This document shows, in pieces, positions 1 to 10,315 of a stretch of DNA of 42,761 bases. How positions within the stretch are numbered: the first letter of the stretch is position 1; each line of letters starts with the position of its first letter. The translations under genes were made by a program, and so were the position numbers. The notes under the pieces are model-generated. The model made no database searches. It worked only from the letters and a program-made list of their open reading frames with translations, and was not told the DNA's origin. The stretch is from Alteraurantiacibacter sp. (GTDB taxonomy: Bacteria; Pseudomonadota; Alphaproteobacteria; Sphingomonadales; Sphingomonadaceae), in contig JBGSLI010000185.1 in NCBI GenBank assembly GCA_041740775.1, positions 1 to 42,761 on the forward strand, written 5' to 3'.

Positions 1-307
1 CCGTGCCGCCCGGCGTCTGCATCCCGTCAAGCCGCCCGCCGCCCGGTGCCGCCGCGCCGAACACATGCGGCACCAGCGCATTGACAAAACCCATGTCGCC
101 TTCGGGTCCGAGATAGGCCTTGGTCGGCTGTTGTTCCACCAGTCGCCGTTCCGCGCCCTTGATCGCGGCGAACACCGGCGTATCGCCATCGGCGGTGCGA
201 TAGACACCCACGCCAAGGTCGATCTTTGCCGGCCTGTCGTCGGCGTTATACAGCTTGATCAGCGCCAGCAGCGCATCGGGGGCTTGTTGGTCGAGTCGGT
301 CGATCAT
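1..307 (-). CDS. Aromatic amino acid/aspartate aminotransferase (TyrB/AspC family), N-terminal part; runs off the window edge
   Basis: Hand translation of the minus strand (absent from the ORF track): MIDRLDQQAPDALLALIKLYNADDRPAKIDLGVGVYRTADGDTPVFRAIKGAE...YLGPEGD...QTPGGT. KIDLGVGVYR and QTPGGT are class I aminotransferase motifs. Alternative ATG at 322. Confidence 0.9.
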   Translation of the reverse strand, partial: MIDRLDQQAPDALLALIKLYNADDRPAKIDLGVGVYRTADGDTPVFAAIKGAERRLVEQQPTKAYLGPEGDMGFVNALVPHVFGAAAPGGGRLDGMQTPGGT

Positions 308-432
308 GATGACCGGCTCCATGCCGGTGCCGCCGCCTTACTGCAAGACGGCACTGATTTGTGCTGGACATTGGCGCGCAGGCTCGGCGCCAAAGGATGG
401 CGGGCCGGATCGCCCCCCATCCTCACCACGGG

Positions 433-1278
433 TCAGAACGGCAGCCATTTCTGTTCGCGGCTGAAGCGCATGTAGCCTGCGTTCACCCCCAGTCGCAGCC
501 CCGCGCCCACGCGAATGGGGATCATCACGATATCGCCCCGGCGCACATAGCTGGCGGTGAATCCGCCGACGAAATAGGCCTGCCCTTCGCCTGCGGGAAA
601 GCGTTCGTAAAGGTCATCGGTATCGAAGAGATTATACACCAGCACGAAGGTATTGCCGGCGTTGGCCCCCAGATCGAAACCGATCGAAGGGCCGGTCCAG
701 TAAACCGGCATATTGCCTTCCACAGCGTGATAAAGCGTTCCCGAACCATAACGCACGCCCAGCACGACCGCACCGCCCGCTTCGCGCCCGACAATATAGC
801 CGTTGGGTTCTCCCTGATCGGCCAGGATGTTCTGGATCAGCCGCGCCAGCCCCTCGGCGCCCTGCCCGAACAGGCCTTCGGCGGCACCGATAAGATCATC
901 CTCGGCATAGGTGACCGGCTGCTGCTGTGCGGTTTGAGCCGGCGCGGAATCGACCGTGGTTGCCACCGTCTCCTGCGGGCCGACCGCGGCATCGGCGGAG
1001 GGATCAGCCGGAGGCAGGTCGAGCGCCGGGCGTGCTTCCTCGCTCTGGTAACGCGGCGTTGCCTCTTCAAAGGCGTATCCGCTGCCATATTCCCCGCCGC
1101 TTGCCGGTGCCGGGCTGGCAGTGTCGAGCAGATCGGCATCGATCACCGCGTCGGGATCGACGGTCTGCATTCCCTGTGCCGCAGCAGGGGCGGCGGCAAG
1201 CGCCAGCGCCGCGGCCAGCAATGGCGCAGCCAGCGCCGATGCGGCAAGGCGGAAGCTGCGGGTGAAATTCATATTCAT
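433..1278 (-). CDS. DUF1134 family periplasmic protein (EipA-like)
   Basis: Signal peptide and low-complexity linker, then GEPNGYIVGREAGGA..GVRYGSGTL..VYWTGPSIGFDLG..GLRLGVNAGYMRF..WLPF typical of DUF1134. Start placed at ATG 1278 after GAAGGGG; the ORF track extends to 1407. Confidence 0.85.
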   Translation of the reverse strand: MNMNFTRSFRLAASALAAPLLAAALALAAAPAAAQGMQTVDPDAVIDADLLDTASPAPASGGEYGSGYAFEEATPRYQSEEARPALDLPPADPSADAAVGPQETVATTVDSAPAQTAQQQPVTYAEDDLIGAAEGLFGQGAEGLARLIQNILADQGEPNGYIVGREAGGAVVLGVRYGSGTLYHAVEGNMPVYWTGPSIGFDLGANAGNTFVLVYNLFDTDDLYERFPAGEGQAYFVGGFTASYVRRGDIVMIPIRVGAGLRLGVNAGYMRFSREQKWLPF

Positions 1279-1464
1279 GGCCAGGTCCCCTTCGACACGG
1301 GCAAAAGTGTGCGCCCGCACCAGAATCCCTTGCGCCTGAAGCGGCAATGAATAGTCGGCCAAGCGAATCGGATTTGCGGTGAACCGAAACCGCGCGATCG
1401 GTTGCAATGCACGCTTGAAGCCTGCGCCCCCCCTCGTTATAGCGCGCGACTTGCCGCTGGGTCC

Positions 1465-1556
1465 GGAGACGTGGGTGAGTGGCTGAAACCAGTTCCCTGC
1501 TAAGGAACCATACCTCTATCGGGGTATCGAGGGTTCGAATCCCTCCGTCTCCGCCA
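1465..1556 (+). tRNA. tRNA-Ser(GCT)
   Basis: Acceptor stem GGAGACG/CGTCTCC plus GCCA; anticodon stem GTTCC-ctGCTaa-GGAAC; long variable arm; T-loop GGTTCGAATCC. Confidence 0.97.
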
Positions 1557-1666
1557 AATACGCTTTCCCAGACCATCCCATAATGCCCCAAAACCGCAGA
1601 AATGCGCTGTTTGTGGAATTTTCGTCGTCCACATAAATCCCTATATGTTCCCTTGCATCCGACATA

Positions 1667-1692
1667 GAGTGTGGGTCTGAGTGTGGGTCTGA
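1667..1692 (+). repeat. Tandem 12-bp direct repeat GAGTGTGGGTCT x2 (+GA); probable integrase arm-type binding sites
   Basis: Exact copies at 1667-1678 and 1679-1690, between the tRNA 3' end and the integrase start. Confidence 0.7.
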
Positions 1693-1704
1693 AGGGAAGA
1701 GGCG

Positions 1705-2847
1705 ATGGGAAGATTGACGTCAATGGGGATCAAGAATCTGGCGGAACCGGGGCGCTATTCCGACGGCGAGGGTCTGATCCTCAAACTCGCCGGAAAAGGC
1801 AAAGGCAGCTGGATCGTCCGGGTCCAGGTCAATGGTAAGCGCCGAGACATCGGATTGGGCACCCTCGCCAACCTTCCTTTGGCAGCCGCTCGAGAAGCAG
1901 CGAGAGCCCTGCGCAAAGAGATGAAAGCCGGAGTCGACGTTCTGGCAGAGCGTGAGAAGGAAGCATTGGTAATTCCCAACTTCCGCGACGCTGCCAAGCT
2001 GGTCCATGATGAACACAAAGCCGCGTGGAAGAACGGCAAGCATCAGGCGCAATGGATCAACACGCTCGAAACCTATGCCTTCCCGACTTTGGGCGACAAA
2101 CTCGTTTCGGAGATTGACGGACCGGCTATTCGTGATGCGCTCTCTCCAATCTGGCTGACCAAGCCAGAAACCGCGAGGCGCGTACGGCAGCGAATCGGTT
2201 CGGTGCTCGATTGGGCCTGTGCGAAGGGGTTTCGCGAAACCGAGGCACCGATGCGCTCGGTAATCCGTGGGTTGCCTCGCCAGCCCAAGAAGCAAGGCCA
2301 CTTCGCCGCGATGCCCTACCCAGACCTTCCCGCGTTCGTCGCATGGCTGCGTGATCGCTCGTCGGTCGGCCGTCTAGCCTTGGAATTCCTGATCCTGAAC
2401 GCCTCACGCTCCGGCGAAGTTCGCGGCGCGCGCTGGAGCGAAATCGACCTCAAGAAGTCGCTCTGGACGATACCCGCCGAGCGCATGAAAGCAGGGACGG
2501 TCCACGTTGTCCCGCTATCGGAAGCGTCATTGGACGTCCTCGGGCGGGCAACGGACTTTCGCTCTCCCATTGGCGATCTGGTCTTTCCAGGGCAGAATCC
2601 CCGTCGCCAACTTTCGGACATGACCCTGCTCAAGATCCTGCGGGACAAAGGTGACGAATATACGGTACATGGCTTTCGCTCGTCATTTCGCGACTGGGCG
2701 GCAGAAAAGACGAACTACCCAGGCGAGATAGCAGAAGCCGCCCTTGCTCATACGATCGCCAACAAGGTCGAAGCGGCCTATCGGCGCACGGATTTCCTCG
2801 ACAAGCGGAGGCCTTTGATGGCTGATTGGTCGGAATTCGTAGCATAG
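1705..2847 (+). CDS. P4-like tyrosine integrase with N-terminal arm-binding domain
   Basis: N-terminus YSDGEGLILKL..W..R...GKRRDIGLG; catalytic R (ASRSGE), K (RMKAG), HGFR, LAH and AAY; lies directly downstream of the tRNA. Confidence 0.95.
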   Translation: MGRLTSMGIKNLAEPGRYSDGEGLILKLAGKGKGSWIVRVQVNGKRRDIGLGTLANLPLAAAREAARALRKEMKAGVDVLAEREKEALVIPNFRDAAKLVHDEHKAAWKNGKHQAQWINTLETYAFPTLGDKLVSEIDGPAIRDALSPIWLTKPETARRVRQRIGSVLDWACAKGFRETEAPMRSVIRGLPRQPKKQGHFAAMPYPDLPAFVAWLRDRSSVGRLALEFLILNASRSGEVRGARWSEIDLKKSLWTIPAERMKAGTVHVVPLSEASLDVLGRATDFRSPIGDLVFPGQNPRRQLSDMTLLKILRDKGDEYTVHGFRSSFRDWAAEKTNYPGEIAEAALAHTIANKVEAAYRRTDFLDKRRPLMADWSEFVA

Positions 2848-2949
2848 TGAATGCAAGCTAGGGACCGGACACTCTTTTGTCGTCAGTCCGGCTTGTCGAG
2901 TTTGCTCGCAAACAAAGCTGACGTGATGTCGTTGACGATCGTCCCTGCA

Positions 2950-5157
2950 TCAGCGGATAATGTAACTTGAACGTAGGGCAAAGCTGGAGCCGGCCCGGAA
3001 CTGACCCAACGGCGTGAGTCTGAAATGCGTCACATTGGCATCGCATCCATCTGAATCGGGAACCGGCACATAAGTCCAGCTCGTACCGTTGTCGTTTGAG
3101 AAGGCGAGCGAATCTCCGGCATCGCCGAGCGCGACATAGCCCAGCTCCAGCCCGGAAGAAGGCGATCCGTCCAGGAATACCAGCGGCTGGCCCGAACCAT
3201 TGGTATCGAAACAGATTTTCGCATTGTCTGGTCCATCGTCGGTGATCACTACGCTGCCATCGTCAGCAGGCGATACACCGCTGTTGCTTATCGTTATGAG
3301 ATAATCCACCAAGGCTCCCGGAATTCTGCGGGGTTGCACAGCGCCATTGACCGGATCGCTGGCAATGGAACTGACCTTTGCTACCGACAGGTCGGCAAAC
3401 GGATTGCACATGGAAATATCGTGAATGGCTATTGCCTGGCCATCCGGATCGGCTGGCGCAGTATTGGCATTGCCGTATATCATGGTGATCGTATCGACCG
3501 GCTGCGAGAAGGTGACCACAACATTTCCGTCACCTGTAGACTCCGATGCCCCGCTATCGCCAACCGCACTGTTGCCAACGACGTAATTCGTGATGCCATT
3601 GGTAAGCGTGGGGAAGACGACAGCGTCCTGATAGCTGCCGGTTACCGTCAGCTTATCGGCAAAATCATTGGCGGCAAAATCCACGTCGAAGACGGTGAAC
3701 TGCGCCCCGGCAATCGCACTTGAAAACGATATCGTGGTGGTTGCCGTCTGATTGACGGTGGCGAAGTCAAGAAACTGGTGGAGCGATTGCTGGGTTGGAG
3801 CAAGCCCACCCGAATTGGTGTTGGTAAGCGAAGGCGAAAGGCCGCCGAAGGTCGCGTCATTGACCCAGGTCCCGGACGCTGAAATATCGAAGCTGACCGT
3901 ACCGATAGTGGCCACCTGATAGCTGTTTGACAGCGATCCGGAACTCCAACTGCGCGTATCCCAGTCGAATACGCTCGATCCGCGCGGGCACGACAGTACC
4001 GGCGGCGTGCCCGCCGTTCTGGTTCCCTGCACGGTAAAATTGGCAGTGGCGTAATCGTCTTCGCTGGCGACCGAATTGCCGGGTATGGAATCGGGATCGA
4101 AATTGGGCGATGATTGCACATAGGCGATATTCGAAACGCTTATTCCAGCAGGTGCAACCACAGTTCCTACGAGCGTGATTTGCCGGAATCCGCCCGCAGC
4201 GATCGTTGGTATCGTCCAGTTCCCGGAAGCCGGATCATAGCTGCCAAATCCACTGCTGCTGGTGAGGCTGAATCCGGATGGCAGGACATCGTTCACAATC
4301 ACGTTGCTGGCGTTCGCCGGACCGGCGTTTGCCAGGCGCAACGTATAGCTAATCGAACTGCCGCTGGCCGGCGTGAGATCGCTCACAGTCTTGGTCAGTG
4401 ACAGATCGGATGTGCTGACGCCGCTTTGCTGCCAGGTGAAATCGGAAAGCCCGATATATTGCCAGTTTCCCGTGGGGTTGCTGCCAGGGCTGCCTTGTCC
4501 GAACAGATAGCGAATGCGTACGCGCTTGACCGTCAGGGCACCGAAATTGACTGCGATATTGCCTGTGGTGCTGGTTACTCCACCTGAATATGCGGTACCG
4601 TGGAAGCCTTGCAGCCCATTGATCGTGGTCGTGCCAACCGCGCTGCCCAGCGTATAGGCTGAAGTAAGCGAGCGCAGATTTTGCCAATTGCCATTGCCGG
4701 TATCGTATTCGATCACAACCGCATCGTGGAAGAAGGGGTTGGTCAAAAAGCGATCGACGTTGGCTATGGTGAAGCGCAAATTGGTAACTGCAGTGTCAAG
4801 GGTATAGGTAGATTCGAAAAGATCGCCGGCATCAAATACCGAATGGTCCATATTGTAGAACAGCGTGCCTGTCTGGCTGCCCACCTGGCCGGTATAGTAG
4901 GAAAGGATCCCGGCAGAAAAGGAACCCGTAAGGTTGGCATCATTGCCATCGCCATCGGTCACCACTGCGGTGTTGATCGTCACGCTGTTCACGCCGACAT
5001 TCAGCGTGGTGCCATTGTTGATTGCGCTGAAGTTCGCCTTGCCCAACCCGGTCCAGTCGGCGGTGATCGTGGTTTGCGCGACGGACGCATCAGGGCGCAG
5101 CGCCAGGAGTGCGATGCTGGCGACGAGTGCGAACAGGAGGTGGCGGAACAGTCTCAT
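2950..5157 (-). CDS. Secreted DUF11-domain protein, putative adhesin
   Basis: Signal peptide; one complete DUF11 repeat (DLSLTKTVS..ISYTLRLANAGP..VIVNDVLP..VSNIAYV); Thr/Ser/Gly-rich beta domains; second, C-terminally truncated DUF11 (DLSVAK..IPGALVDYLITISNSG..ITDDGP..SYIIR*). Confidence 0.8.
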   Translation of the reverse strand: MRLFRHLLFALVASIALLALRPDASVAQTTITADWTGLGKANFSAINNGTTLNVGVNSVTINTAVVTDGDGNDANLTGSFSAGILSYYTGQVGSQTGTLFYNMDHSVFDAGDLFESTYTLDTAVTNLRFTIANVDRFLTNPFFHDAVVIEYDTGNGNWQNLRSLTSAYTLGSAVGTTTINGLQGFHGTAYSGGVTSTTGNIAVNFGALTVKRVRIRYLFGQGSPGSNPTGNWQYIGLSDFTWQQSGVSTSDLSLTKTVSDLTPASGSSISYTLRLANAGPANASNVIVNDVLPSGFSLTSSSGFGSYDPASGNWTIPTIAAGGFRQITLVGTVVAPAGISVSNIAYVQSSPNFDPDSIPGNSVASEDDYATANFTVQGTRTAGTPPVLSCPRGSSVFDWDTRSWSSGSLSNSYQVATIGTVSFDISASGTWVNDATFGGLSPSLTNTNSGGLAPTQQSLHQFLDFATVNQTATTTISFSSAIAGAQFTVFDVDFAANDFADKLTVTGSYQDAVVFPTLTNGITNYVVGNSAVGDSGASESTGDGNVVVTFSQPVDTITMIYGNANTAPADPDGQAIAIHDISMCNPFADLSVAKVSSIASDPVNGAVQPRRIPGALVDYLITISNSGVSPADDGSVVITDDGPDNAKICFDTNGSGQPLVFLDGSPSSGLELGYVALGDAGDSLAFSNDNGTSWTYVPVPDSDGCDANVTHFRLTPLGQFRAGSSFALRSSYIIR

Positions 5158-8100
5158 CGGCCAAGTCCCAGGAAGCTGAAGGTATCCGCGTCGAATTTCA
5201 TGCGTACCGCAGCATAGATGCCTTCATCGGTATTTCGCGCGGCAGTAAAGTCCGGATCGTTGAAACCGGCAAAATTGTATCCCACTGTCAGCAAGACCCC
5301 TTCGATAGGTACAAAACCGATATTTGGGCCGATCGCATAACTGGTCGCGCCGTCAAAATCGGCGCGCACTGTGATGCTTGTGCCCAGTTCGATGCCCTCG
5401 CCCACACCGAGCCGCGCATCGACTCCGGCAAGCAGCGTGTCGCTGGCGAAATCGAACCCTTCGAACCGGTCGAAATTGTGGCGAAGGCCCAGAAAAACGC
5501 CCAATTCGCTGCGGCGAGCGAGACCGGCGACCAAACCATTGCCGTCATGGTCCGCATCATCGAATTCATGCGGCGACCAATTGGCCGAAACGCTACCGAT
5601 CAGGCGGCTCGATTTGGCATCGCCGTCCACCAGAAGAGCTGTACGCCCGGCAGGGCCGGTCTCCCCGGCAATGGCATCGGTCACCTTGTCGCTGCGAAAT
5701 TCAATCTTGCTGAGGACAGCGAATTCAGAATCCCCGGGCCGGTGCGCCCAGGCAAGGGCGGCGTCAAAGATCTCCGAATCAGCCCCGTTTTCTCCTTCGG
5801 CCTGCGTCCAGGTAAATCCGGAGCCCAACATTCTGCCCTCGCCAAGTTCGCGTATCAAGCCTGCGGTAAAACCTGTCCGATTGGCGAATTCGCCATCCCG
5901 GTATTCGCCGCGCGCGGTCGCGTTCCAGCGATCACGGCGCCAGGCCGCACCTACAGTAATTGCCGTGAATTGCTCGAACAGGCCGCCTCCCTGGCCAAAC
6001 TGGCCTCCGCTCGAAAGCGGTTGCTGGATATTTACCAGGTCATCGGTGGCGGGCGCACCATCGAGTGTCCAGTTGCTGTCGAAGGTTGCATCCAGGCTCA
6101 ATTCGGGATTGATCTGCAAGGTCTGTGACAGCCCGAAGGCGGCAAAGCTTCGGGCACCCAATTCGGAAATGTCCTGCTGACCGAGGCTGGTGTTGACCAG
6201 CCCGCCCATCCACGGGGTGATTTCCAGCCCGCCGCGAAGCGTGCTCGATGTAAACTCGCTACCATCGGCAATTTCATAATTGCCCAGAATGCGCACGTCA
6301 TTGGTTATCGCGTAACGTGCGCCCAGGCGGTGACGGGTGGGCAGATCGGCAGATTGGGCCTGGTCCAGAGCGATGCTGGTGCTGGCGCTGATTTCCATCC
6401 TGTTGTCGAACGCGCGCTGGGTAACGCCGCCTTCCAGAACCGTCGAACTGTTGGTGCTGCTATCGGGCAGGCGGTCGGTGAAATGGGCAAAACCGAGGCG
6501 AAAATCGGTGCTGAGGGTGGTATAACCCAGCTCGACTTCGGCTGCCTGACGACGCGCCGCATCGCTCAGGCTTTCATCCTGCCAAACGCTGCCGAGCACG
6601 GTCAGGTCTTCGGTCAGGCGGGCACGGGTATCCACGCCGACTTTCCGGCGGCCAAGCTCGACACCATTCTGGTGACCGACACCGAAATCTGTACCGGTCG
6701 ATCGGGCATAGGCGAGGATATCAAGCGTTCCTGTCTGATGCTGGGCTTCTACAAGCCAGCCGGTCGCGGTAGACTGGTCAGCGCGACTGGCAGCAACTTC
6801 GGCCCGAATTTCCGTGGCATCACCGATATAGGCACGAAGATCCAGCCCGCCGATCAGCGTGCGCGGCCCATCGCCCTGGTCACTGATGGCAGTGGTGCCA
6901 AGACGCACCGACCCATCTCGGCTTTCCCATTCTGCCCGGATCCCGGCATTCAACTGGCCATCGCCCAGATTGTCTACTTCGTAATCCACCACGATGAACT
7001 GCGGGTTCATGTCAAAATCGCGGCTGAGAACGGGCTGGCGGAAGGTGATCGTGCCCGAAAGCGGATCGATGTCATAGTCAGAAAAGCGCGTAAGCACCTG
7101 CGATGATACGATGATTTCAGAACGGAAGCGGTCACGCACCTCAAGGGTAACGGTCTCGCTATTGGGAACAATGGAGCGACCGGACAGATCATAAGGACCT
7201 GAAATGCCCTGTCCCTGGATCTCGTCTCGGCGGAAACGCGTTCCGATTTGGGCACCGAAACCGCGCACGCTCAATTGCTCCTGCCGCGCCTCTGCCAGAA
7301 TGCCCGTTGCCACGCGCTGGTAACGGGTCAGGCGCGTTTCATCGAAGCCGCTTTCGAAATCGCCGTACAGAGCATAAAAGCTAGCCGTTTCGATACGGAC
7401 GTAAAGTTTCTCGCGCGATGCAGCATCAAAGCTGCGGTGCGATCCATCGGCGAAAACGGTATAATAGGCGTCGGGGTCGAGGGTTCCGAGCAGGCGGGCA
7501 TCGTCTTCCTGCGCCGCGCTGTCATATGCAATGGTGACAAGGTAGCGACCCAGAACCTGGCCTTTGGCGTAAAGTGCAAGGCGCGCATCATCGCCAAGAT
7601 CGCTCTCGAAATTGCCGACCCGCTCCATATTCTCGGCCACGCTGCGCGCGCCGAGCGTTCCTTCAGCGAGGCCGACAACGGTCCATTCGATATCGCCCGG
7701 CACGATCCACGCATCAAGCTGCTGATCGCGGGAGACTTCGCCATCGTCGAACCGGAAATCGAGATGGAGCGAGCCGCTGACCATGGTCGGCGCAAGCTCG
7801 ATCAGCGCAATGCCATCGCTGCCACCTACCGTCCAGCGCGCAGAGGAGGGCCCGCGACGCGACAATTGATTGATCTGCTGGCGGGCCACTTCCTCGGCGC
7901 TCTGATAGGGCGAATTCACGCGGAATTCGCCGGAAACGCCTTCGCGCATGGGGAGGCCTGCGGCATCGAGCACACGGATAGCAACGACAGGCGCAGTGCG
8001 GCCATCGGCAACAAGGGTCGATTGTTCGCGCACCAATTCCACGCGGGCAGGAATGGTGGTGAAATGGACTTCGCGTTCGAGTTCGGCGATCACGGCCCCG

Positions 8101-10283
8101 GCACCGCTTATCACCTGCGCCGTGAGCACTGTGCGCCCCCCATTAAGTGAGACACCACGCCAGTGGCTTACTTCCCAGCGCCCTTCGGCCGGTCGAAGGA
8201 CGCCTTCGAATGCGAGAGGGCTTATCCGTTCGCCGTCGACAAAGAGATTGACCATCTGGCCGCGACGGTGGCGGATGGCGACGCGGATCGAGGGAGCACG
8301 GGGGTTGGCGTCCACGGTGGGAGCGAGCCAGTCGATATCGCCATCGCCGGATGCCAGCCAGTCGACCCCGGCGTCCCCGATCGCAGGCACCGTCTCAGCG
8401 ATCCCGGATACAGATGGTTCCAATGCGGCAATGTCCGACCCGCTGCGGCCCAGAATGGCCAAAGGTCGGGTCTGCTCGCGCAATTCTGTCAGCACGCCGT
8501 CGGGAACCGTAGCGTGGAAATCAACCACCGCCAGCGAACCGCCCTGGCCGGTAACAAGGCGGGAAATCGCGCTGCCCTGGCTGCGGCTCGATCGCGTGCA
8601 ATCGATAAATTCGCCGCCTTCGGGCAGAGTCATGCGCGAAGCCTGCACGACATGGGTGCCGGGCACGATCCCGTCGAAGTGGTAACGTCCGTCGGCATCG
8701 GTTATCGCAAAGCTGCCGTCCTCCATCATCACCCTTATGCCGGGAATACCGATACGCTGCGGTTCATCGCCAATGTCGCAACGCCCGGCAGTGATCCGGC
8801 CGATGATCGTCATGTGGCCGGCAATCGTGTCGCGCAGGACTTCCACCGAAGCCGAAGCCTCGCTGTGCCGGCCGACCGAGTCGATGGCGCTGGCGCGGTT
8901 TTCCGCGTGTCCGGGCGGGGCATCGGGAGCGACAGTCATCGCATAGGTAACGCGGCGCTCGCCGCCGGCGGCAATCGCTCCCAGAGCGAAAGAAAGCGTC
9001 TGGCCATCATCGGCGATGTCTACCGCGTCATCCAGCGCCGGGGCACCATCAATCCGCACTGAATCGCGCCGGAACCGCAGCCAGCGCGAGGGGCTGTCGG
9101 TCAGCACGACACCGCTTCTGGCGCGGTCCGGGTCGGCATTGCGGACGGCAAGCGTATAAAAAATGGCATCGCCGGGCTGCGCCTGGCGGCGCGAAGCAGT
9201 CTTGGTGAGCGAAACCGCCGTTCCCGGCCGGTCGAGCGGAATGTCGATCTGGACCGGAACTGGCGAGGTAAGCGAAAAGGCGTTGCCATAGGACCCATCG
9301 CCGATCACGAAGGCGCGGCCATCAGGGCGCGTGACCCGGGCGATCTGTTCAGGCAAGACCAGCGAGGGCGCAGTATAGGGCGGGGGCGGCGTAACGGCGA
9401 GCCGGTAGGTGCCAGGATTGGTCTGTGGAAACCAGAATTCGCCTGTGCCCATCCGGGTGATATTGCCAGCGGCATCGGTAACCGGTGCGCCGGAAATCAG
9501 GCTGGAAGGCCAGGCGGTAATCCCGTCTTCGGCAAAGACCTGCGCGGGCTGGCCAGTGATCGCATCGACGAGCGATACAGTCGCGCCATCCACCAGAGTG
9601 CCCGTCTCGCTGTCGAATACCACGCCAAAAGGATCCGCAAGCACATCCACCGTGCTGGAAAGAACGCTGGTATTGCCCGCTGAATCGAGAACGCCGATGA
9701 CGATCTGATTGCCATCTTCAAGGCTGAGCACGCAGTCGAGCGGAACCAGGGCTGGAGGCATCCGGCGGGTGGTGATGCTGCCGACAAATTCGCCGGAATT
9801 GGCCATGGTCTCGTAAACCGTCAGTCTTTCCTGGTCGCCGGAATCCGCTGTCAGGATGACGTCCAGCGCATCAATCGCGGCCGGATCGATATTCGCTGCG
9901 GACAGGTCAATCCTGAACAGCAGCTCGCGCCCGGCGGTAATGACGCTGCTTCTGATGACTGCGGTGGAAATCGGCTCACCGATTGGCGATTGCGCGCTGC
10001 GGGACCGTGCCTGGCAAAAGGCCGGACGATGAAGCAGCGCCTCTGCGTTTCCCGCAGTAATTGTTTGGGCAACAAAGGTCTCAATCGCCGATGGCGCCGC
10101 CTGGACTTCCAATTGCACCTGATTGGACTGACCGGTAAACGCGCGATCTGCATGGCTCCAGCGGGCATGCGCCACATTGGTGATGGTCTGGGCCTGTACC
10201 TGTCCTGCCAGCATGGCAAGCGACAGCAGCACTCCCAGGAGCGCTGCTGCCATTTGAAGCATCGAGGACAGCTTGTAGGTCAC
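5154..10283 (-). CDS. Very large outer-membrane protein with DUF11 and carboxypeptidase-regulatory-like Ig domains and a C-terminal beta-barrel-like region
   Basis: Signal peptide; GVVFDSETG..VDGATVSL and ITDADGRYHF Ig-like motifs; internal DUF11 (VSLTKTAS..PGDAIFYTL..VLTDSP..ENRASA); long amphipathic beta-strand C-terminus (GIYAAVRMKF). ATGA overlap with the next gene. Confidence 0.75.
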   Translation of the reverse strand: MTYKLSSMLQMAAALLGVLLSLAMLAGQVQAQTITNVAHARWSHADRAFTGQSNQVQLEVQAAPSAIETFVAQTITAGNAEALLHRPAFCQARSRSAQSPIGEPISTAVIRSSVITAGRELLFRIDLSAANIDPAAIDALDVILTADSGDQERLTVYETMANSGEFVGSITTRRMPPALVPLDCVLSLEDGNQIVIGVLDSAGNTSVLSSTVDVLADPFGVVFDSETGTLVDGATVSLVDAITGQPAQVFAEDGITAWPSSLISGAPVTDAAGNITRMGTGEFWFPQTNPGTYRLAVTPPPPYTAPSLVLPEQIARVTRPDGRAFVIGDGSYGNAFSLTSPVPVQIDIPLDRPGTAVSLTKTASRRQAQPGDAIFYTLAVRNADPDRARSGVVLTDSPSRWLRFRRDSVRIDGAPALDDAVDIADDGQTLSFALGAIAAGGERRVTYAMTVAPDAPPGHAENRASAIDSVGRHSEASASVEVLRDTIAGHMTIIGRITAGRCDIGDEPQRIGIPGIRVMMEDGSFAITDADGRYHFDGIVPGTHVVQASRMTLPEGGEFIDCTRSSRSQGSAISRLVTGQGGSLAVVDFHATVPDGVLTELREQTRPLAILGRSGSDIAALEPSVSGIAETVPAIGDAGVDWLASGDGDIDWLAPTVDANPRAPSIRVAIRHRRGQMVNLFVDGERISPLAFEGVLRPAEGRWEVSHWRGVSLNGGRTVLTAQVISGAGAVIAELEREVHFTTIPARVELVREQSTLVADGRTAPVVAIRVLDAAGLPMREGVSGEFRVNSPYQSAEEVARQQINQLSRRGPSSARWTVGGSDGIALIELAPTMVSGSLHLDFRFDDGEVSRDQQLDAWIVPGDIEWTVVGLAEGTLGARSVAENMERVGNFESDLGDDARLALYAKGQVLGRYLVTIAYDSAAQEDDARLLGTLDPDAYYTVFADGSHRSFDAASREKLYVRIETASFYALYGDFESGFDETRLTRYQRVATGILAEARQEQLSVRGFGAQIGTRFRRDEIQGQGISGPYDLSGRSIVPNSETVTLEVRDRFRSEIIVSSQVLTRFSDYDIDPLSGTITFRQPVLSRDFDMNPQFIVVDYEVDNLGDGQLNAGIRAEWESRDGSVRLGTTAISDQGDGPRTLIGGLDLRAYIGDATEIRAEVAASRADQSTATGWLVEAQHQTGTLDILAYARSTGTDFGVGHQNGVELGRRKVGVDTRARLTEDLTVLGSVWQDESLSDAARRQAAEVELGYTTLSTDFRLGFAHFTDRLPDSSTNSSTVLEGGVTQRAFDNRMEISASTSIALDQAQSADLPTRHRLGARYAITNDVRILGNYEIADGSEFTSSTLRGGLEITPWMGGLVNTSLGQQDISELGARSFAAFGLSQTLQINPELSLDATFDSNWTLDGAPATDDLVNIQQPLSSGGQFGQGGGLFEQFTAITVGAAWRRDRWNATARGEYRDGEFANRTGFTAGLIRELGEGRMLGSGFTWTQAEGENGADSEIFDAALAWAHRPGDSEFAVLSKIEFRSDKVTDAIAGETGPAGRTALLVDGDAKSSRLIGSVSANWSPHEFDDADHDGNGLVAGLARRSELGVFLGLRHNFDRFEGFDFASDTLLAGVDARLGVGEGIELGTSITVRADFDGATSYAIGPNIGFVPIEGVLLTVGYNFAGFNDPDFTAARNTDEGIYAAVRMKFDADTFSFLGLGR

Positions 10284-10315
10284 GTCGTTTTCCGGTCAGT
10301 CTCGGCAGGTCCGGA

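Noticed and set aside
361-1350. 329-aa + strand ORF, and similar long ORFs such as 5109..6128, 19218..20090 and 38566..39753
   Set aside because: Antisense shadows of well-supported genes, typical of high-GC codon bias.
1667-1692. Direct repeat as a CRISPR array
   Set aside because: Two adjacent 12-bp copies with no spacers and no cas genes; I saw no CRISPR array anywhere in the window.
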